Positions 59,981 to 64,000 of a stretch of 64,000 bases of DNA are shown here, in pieces (within the stretch, counting starts at the first letter, position 1; each line of letters starts with the position of its first letter). Source of the stretch: an uncultured virus (IMG/VR IMGVR_UViG_3300032069_000001). Taxonomy: Duplodnaviria; Heunggongvirae; Uroviricota; Caudoviricetes. A model generated the notes under the pieces. The model did not search any database, was not told the origin of the DNA, and saw only the letters and a list, made by a program, of their open reading frames with translations. The stretch is taken from positions 33,214-97,213 of the IMG/VR virus record IMGVR_UViG_3300032069_000001. One strand, given 5' to 3'. A program made the translations under genes and the position numbers.

Positions 59981-60403
59981 CTACACAGATGCCTTGCACT
60001 CAAGGTAATGCCAAGTGCCATTTTCGCCCGCTATTGCGTTAGCCCTGAATGTTTCGGTGTAATCCGAACAGGTGCAGTTTTTATACACCCTTATTGTTAC
60101 ATTCTTAACTACATCAAGAACCTGTATGTCAAGAACGCCGAGCTGGAGTATATCCTCTCCGAGCTTTGCTATGCCCAGTTTTTCCAAGTCCTTCGTTCTG
60201 ATGAAGAACCTGTCAACGGTGAACGTGCCATCGTATCTTAACTGGACGTGCTCTGTAGGCATAAAGTTGCCGATGCCATAGACGCCTTCTGTGCCGTAAG
60301 TTCTTCTTCCGTCACCCGTCTGGCACAAACCGACAACTACTCCTGCTATCAGAATATTGATAACGTTCCCAGTTATCACTTTTTGACTGTTAATGTCTGC
60401 CAT
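59981..60403 (-). other. major tail tube protein (Herelleviridae type)
   Basis: TGN.I.I..VG..Q..R.YGTEGVYGIG..MP.EHV.LRY.G. Confidence 0.9.
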
Positions 60404-60427
60404 TTTAAAATCCCCCCTTTTATTTAA

Positions 60428-61867
60428 TTAGGCAACAATGTTCGTTGCTCTGAAGTGTCCAGTAATAAGCACGTAGTTAATCGGCGTCACAGGGCTTGCC
60501 TCAAATTCAAAATACACAATTTGAGACGCACTATCAAACCTTACGATAAGGTTCCTGTAAGCAGGCTGGAAGTTTCCAGCATTATCAACTCCGTCGGTTA
60601 TCCAACCATTTAACTTGATTAAATCAAGTTTAGACGCAAGTCTTATCTTGATAGAACCAATCGTGGTTTTAGAACCTGGACGCCCAACAAATGCCAGAGC
60701 ATCACCTCTGACCTCTCCCATTATAGCATCAGCAATGCCTCTGACGCTTTCCTCTCTGAACAGGACGTTGGTATCCTGTAGATAGGTTGTTTGACCGTGA
60801 GCAATTCTATAACCTTTGTTTGGAACCGCTTCAACTGCACAAACACCTGCCTGGTCAAACTCATCAATCTGGTCGGGTGTGTAGTTTACTTCTAAACCGA
60901 CACCGTTTAGATATTTAAAGGTAATAGGTTCCTCTAAAGGCAACCCAGCCCTTAAACCCGCTATCATACAAGCGGTAAAAACAGCACCTTCGGTTGCTAA
61001 TACACCGTTATCGTCATACTGTTTTACGCCAGGAGTTGCTATTAAAACCCTGGAAGAACCGAAAGCAAGAGCTCTTGCTTTAATCTGGGCGACAGTTTCG
61101 CCAGCGGTGTATCCGACATACATTCTTGCTTCGTGCTGACCTGTTGTGCTCATATAGTTCACAACAGTCAGGAGCAACGCCTGTATTGAGGCGGTATCCG
61201 TTGTTGCGGTATAAAGGTCGGCTGGGTTGGTTTTTGCCAACTCAAAAGATGCCTGCCAATCCGCACTTACCGCTGTTCCGTCCAAGCCAAGTGTCAGCGG
61301 TGCATAAGAAGCGATTGCAAGCGTTCCCTCAAGAATAAGGGTTGCACTTACGAGCCCGCTCAATGCGTTAATTGCTGAAACAGCACTCGCTACGGTCGCA
61401 AGATTGTCATAAACCTCGTATGTGGTCAGATAGTTTACGGTAATCTTTAAACCTGACGTTGAGCCAGTCTCAACCTTAACCTGTATGGAATTCGTCCATA
61501 CGCCGTAATCCAGCGAGGTCAACTTAAGCAAGTCTGTGGGAACAGAACTCTTAAGAGTGATTTCTCCCTGGTGTATTCCTGTTGCTCCTATCCTGACCAT
61601 CTTAATTACAGATGCTCCAGAAAGGTTCGGGGACGGGTTCCACGCCCTTTGTGCCCCTTTCAGAAGGTCTCCGCTTCTGAATATTGCTTTTGCCTGTGCT
61701 GGGTCGGAAAGCGTATAAACGTGGTTAGGGATACCTCCACTCGCTATTCCGAAAATCATTAGCACATTTGCGGAGCCAAGAACTACAGGGGTCAACCCTG
61801 AAGCATCAACTTTGCTCCTCACTTGCGGTCTTACAACATTCTGTCCATCAAAGTATATTCCGCTCAT
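60428..61867 (-). CDS. tail sheath protein
   Basis: G.A.GG.P, IFRSGDLL..AWNP, DYG, EPITFK, PINY. Confidence 0.93.
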   Translation of the reverse strand: MSGIYFDGQNVVRPQVRSKVDASGLTPVVLGSANVLMIFGIASGGIPNHVYTLSDPAQAKAIFRSGDLLKGAQRAWNPSPNLSGASVIKMVRIGATGIHQGEITLKSSVPTDLLKLTSLDYGVWTNSIQVKVETGSTSGLKITVNYLTTYEVYDNLATVASAVSAINALSGLVSATLILEGTLAIASYAPLTLGLDGTAVSADWQASFELAKTNPADLYTATTDTASIQALLLTVVNYMSTTGQHEARMYVGYTAGETVAQIKARALAFGSSRVLIATPGVKQYDDNGVLATEGAVFTACMIAGLRAGLPLEEPITFKYLNGVGLEVNYTPDQIDEFDQAGVCAVEAVPNKGYRIAHGQTTYLQDTNVLFREESVRGIADAIMGEVRGDALAFVGRPGSKTTIGSIKIRLASKLDLIKLNGWITDGVDNAGNFQPAYRNLIVRFDSASQIVYFEFEASPVTPINYVLITGHFRATNIVA

Positions 61868-61888
61868 ATTAACTTACCTCCTTTTTGA

Positions 61889-62116
61889 TTAAGTTGTCGG
61901 CTTATTTTTAAAGTCCTCCAACACTCTTTTCCATTCAGAAAGAGTTTTTGGCTCTAATCCTGCGTGAGATTTCAAGCCATCAACCCACATTTTTTCCGAA
62001 GGAAAGTTTACCATAAATTCTTCAATGGTAATTTTGTTTTCCTTTGGTTTTTCAACCCTTGCTTCTTCCTTTATATCTTTTTCGTGCCTTTTTTCTACGC
62101 CCTCTCTTTTAACCAT
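61889..62116 (-). CDS. small pre-sheath protein
   Basis: 75 aa, strong RBS, position before the sheath gene. Confidence 0.6.
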   Translation of the reverse strand: MVKREGVEKRHEKDIKEEARVEKPKENKITIEEFMVNFPSEKMWVDGLKSHAGLEPKTLSEWKRVLEDFKNKPTT

Positions 62117-62134
62117 TTGGACACCTCCTTTGGC

Positions 62135-62710
62135 TTATGTGCCAGCCATATCTTCTTCTGTTTCCTCTATGCCATTCATAGCAAAACTTCCATCTACTCC
62201 CAGTATCGGCTTTACGCCAGTAGTAGGAACGGAAGGTTTAACTTCCAGAGGATTAAGAGCTATGAAGTTCAGGACACTCCAGTAAATAAAGTAGGGTTCA
62301 AACGTTTTGAAATCTTGCTCGTCCCGCCCTCCCGTTATTCTCATATTACCGAGCCCCTGACCTTTCTTAATCAACTCTTGTTTTGCCAGAATAGCAATTT
62401 CTTTCATAATAAAATAAATGTCATCTCTTTGGTTCGCATTTTCCGTCCAAAGCCTTAATTCTATAGTTTCCGTCATTAAAGCAAGATAAGCTGGACTTTC
62501 TTCTTCGGTTGCTTCATTAAATTCTTGTTCATAAATATTATTAAATCCTATTTGTCCTTCATCATCATTAACCCTATTTATTGCTAAACAAGGCAATTCC
62601 CCGTGCGTTCTCGGGTCAGCCGTTATTACCTTAATTTGTATTTTCCTTGCTATAAGTTCACGAGCAAATATTCTCACAAGTTCTTTTTTTAAATCAAGTC
62701 CGTCTATCAT
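62135..62710 (-). CDS. tail terminator / completion protein
   Basis: position; P.LAIN and W.EN...RD pattern. Confidence 0.65.
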   Translation of the reverse strand: MIDGLDLKKELVRIFARELIARKIQIKVITADPRTHGELPCLAINRVNDDEGQIGFNNIYEQEFNEATEEESPAYLALMTETIELRLWTENANQRDDIYFIMKEIAILAKQELIKKGQGLGNMRITGGRDEQDFKTFEPYFIYWSVLNFIALNPLEVKPSVPTTGVKPILGVDGSFAMNGIEETEEDMAGT

Positions 62711-63462
62711 ATTGACATATCCTTCTCATAACCAGCAACTATCATACCTTTTATCGTCGGTTCAAGATTTTCTTTTAATGCTTTTGATACAGGTTTTGCT
62801 GTAACGCCTGGGTGCACCCACGCATTATCGGGTGTCTTACTGCTTATTCTTCTGAACTTTATAACCCCGCCTCCGCCTCCTGCTTCCTGTGTTAATCCTG
62901 CATACTGTCCCGATTTCCAAGTATAAGCTGGCATACCAAATTCTTTCGGCAAAAGCTGGCTTCTCTTTCCTATATCATAGGTCTTAAGAGCTCCCTCCAC
63001 CCTTACATTTGCCAATCTTCCAGCAGTTATATTTGTTTTAACAACTGTTGGCATATCCGTTAATTTTTCATCATCAAAAGGAACATCAACATATCCTTTT
63101 GCCATAGCTACTTTTCCTGCAAGCATTTTATCTTTAAGTTCAAATGCCGAAAAACCACGCTCAAGTATATCAACATAATCAAGGTTTACCTCTACAGCTC
63201 CCTGAAGTTTATCGCTATGATATGGGTATTGTAAACCATTCGCAACTGCTTGAGCATACATACCCGAGCCTCTGTTTATCCTAAATTTCCCGCCAGAATA
63301 AACTACATCAACACCCGAAATATATTCAAGCCATTTCGCCTGAACAAGTTGTGTAGCTGACTTAACAGCCGAAGCGGTGTTTGTCAGGTCTTTCAAGTCT
63401 TTCTTTAAGACCTTCGTCACCTTCGCTAACGCTTCCACGTCAACTTTAATTGTTACTTCCAT
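62707..63462 (-). CDS. neck / tail completion protein
   Basis: LERG..F.LK, Y.DVPF, FRRIS...WVHPG. Confidence 0.65.
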   Translation of the reverse strand: MEVTIKVDVEALAKVTKVLKKDLKDLTNTASAVKSATQLVQAKWLEYISGVDVVYSGGKFRINRGSGMYAQAVANGLQYPYHSDKLQGAVEVNLDYVDILERGFSAFELKDKMLAGKVAMAKGYVDVPFDDEKLTDMPTVVKTNITAGRLANVRVEGALKTYDIGKRSQLLPKEFGMPAYTWKSGQYAGLTQEAGGGGGVIKFRRISSKTPDNAWVHPGVTAKPVSKALKENLEPTIKGMIVAGYEKDMSI

Positions 63463-64000
63463 AATTCCACCTTATTTGATTTTTCTATTATTTTAAGTTG
63501 TTTATGATATTCGTCGTGACAATCCTTGCAATAAGTTATGCCATTATTGGTATCCCAAAGCGGAGCATACAACATACAGGCATCATATAGGGATAAAAAA
63601 GAAAACATTTGTTGTGCCTCCTGTAATAATTTGCAAAATAATTTAATATGGTGTGCACGCAAAATCCCGCCTCTTTTACCACAATCCATACAAGTAAAAT
63701 TGTCTCGTTTAAATATTTCATCACGCCATTGCTTATATTCAAAGCTTTGTCTTATTTTTTTCTCTACGGGGGTTATTCCACCTTTCCAAGTATAGCTTTT
63801 CTCCCCTTTCAATGATAAGCTTATGTTTTTTCTTTGCTCAATGGTTCTTTTTGACCCAGTATTATATTTATTTTTCTGCATCAACTCACTAATTTTTTTT
63901 CTTGTTTCTGGAGAATTTATATAGCCCAACTGTATCTTTTTATTTATCCTTGCTATTCCTATTTTTTTCTTATGTTCTTCTTTTTGTGGGTGCTTACTGC
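63453..64000 (-). CDS. NUMOD3/HNH homing endonuclease (5'-partial)
   Basis: frame open to the window edge (EEHKKKIG); RDNFTC..C..AHH..NGITYC..CH. Confidence 0.88.
   Translation of the reverse strand, partial: SKHPQKEEHKKKIGIARINKKIQLGYINSPETRKKISELMQKNKYNTGSKRTIEQRKNISLSLKGEKSYTWKGGITPVEKKIRQSFEYKQWRDEIFKRDNFTCMDCGKRGGILRAHHIKLFCKLLQEAQQMFSFLSLYDACMLYAPLWDTNNGITYCKDCHDEYHKQLKIIEKSNKVELWK

Noticed and set aside
1-64000. Alternative genetic code (stop-codon reassignment)
   Set aside because: Large conserved genes are intact under the standard bacterial code, and TAG/TGA end genes at sensible junctions.
22064-64000. Numerous plus-strand ORFs in the track antisense to minus-strand genes
   Set aside because: Shadow ORFs fully overlapping well-supported genes, with no recognisable motifs.

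Overview
A 64-kb segment of a large contractile-tailed phage whose structural genes resemble SPO1/Twort-type myoviruses; the host is unknown and possibly diderm. Layout: minus-strand packaging and virion genes (1-10.1 kb, TerL and a probable TerS); a divergently transcribed plus-strand early module (10.6-22.1 kb; AAA+/vWA pair, orphan RuvB, Ser/Thr phosphatase, many small ORFs); a minus-strand replication/recombination region (22.1-43.8 kb; RusA, primase-helicase, replication initiator with iterons, Gp3-like protein, Cas4-like exonuclease, tyrosine recombinase); a lysis cassette (43.9-46.2 kb); and baseplate/tail genes (46.2-64 kb). The standout is at 37.13-37.91 kb: a solitary Cas7/RAMP-like gene followed by two non-coding arrays of phased pentamers (DGY-NN). 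Read as codon positions 1-2 with the wobble base skipped, the variable NN dinucleotides of the longer array spell YVI(E)KQQ..ALIDDEATIKRFYRE, the catalytic-lysine region of LexA/S24 repressors. This suggests a gapped-code RNA guide aimed at a lexA-like gene. Other highlights: apparent window-wide loss of many restriction-site motifs (Ala-Ala and Gly-Pro missing from the proteins), a roughly 21-kb CCWGG-free zone, a candidate -1 frameshift extending a holin-like protein, a candidate +1 frameshift in the tail chaperone, and an ATC-initiated tail-tube paralog. All motif counts were made by eye and family assignments are from motif recognition, not database searches.
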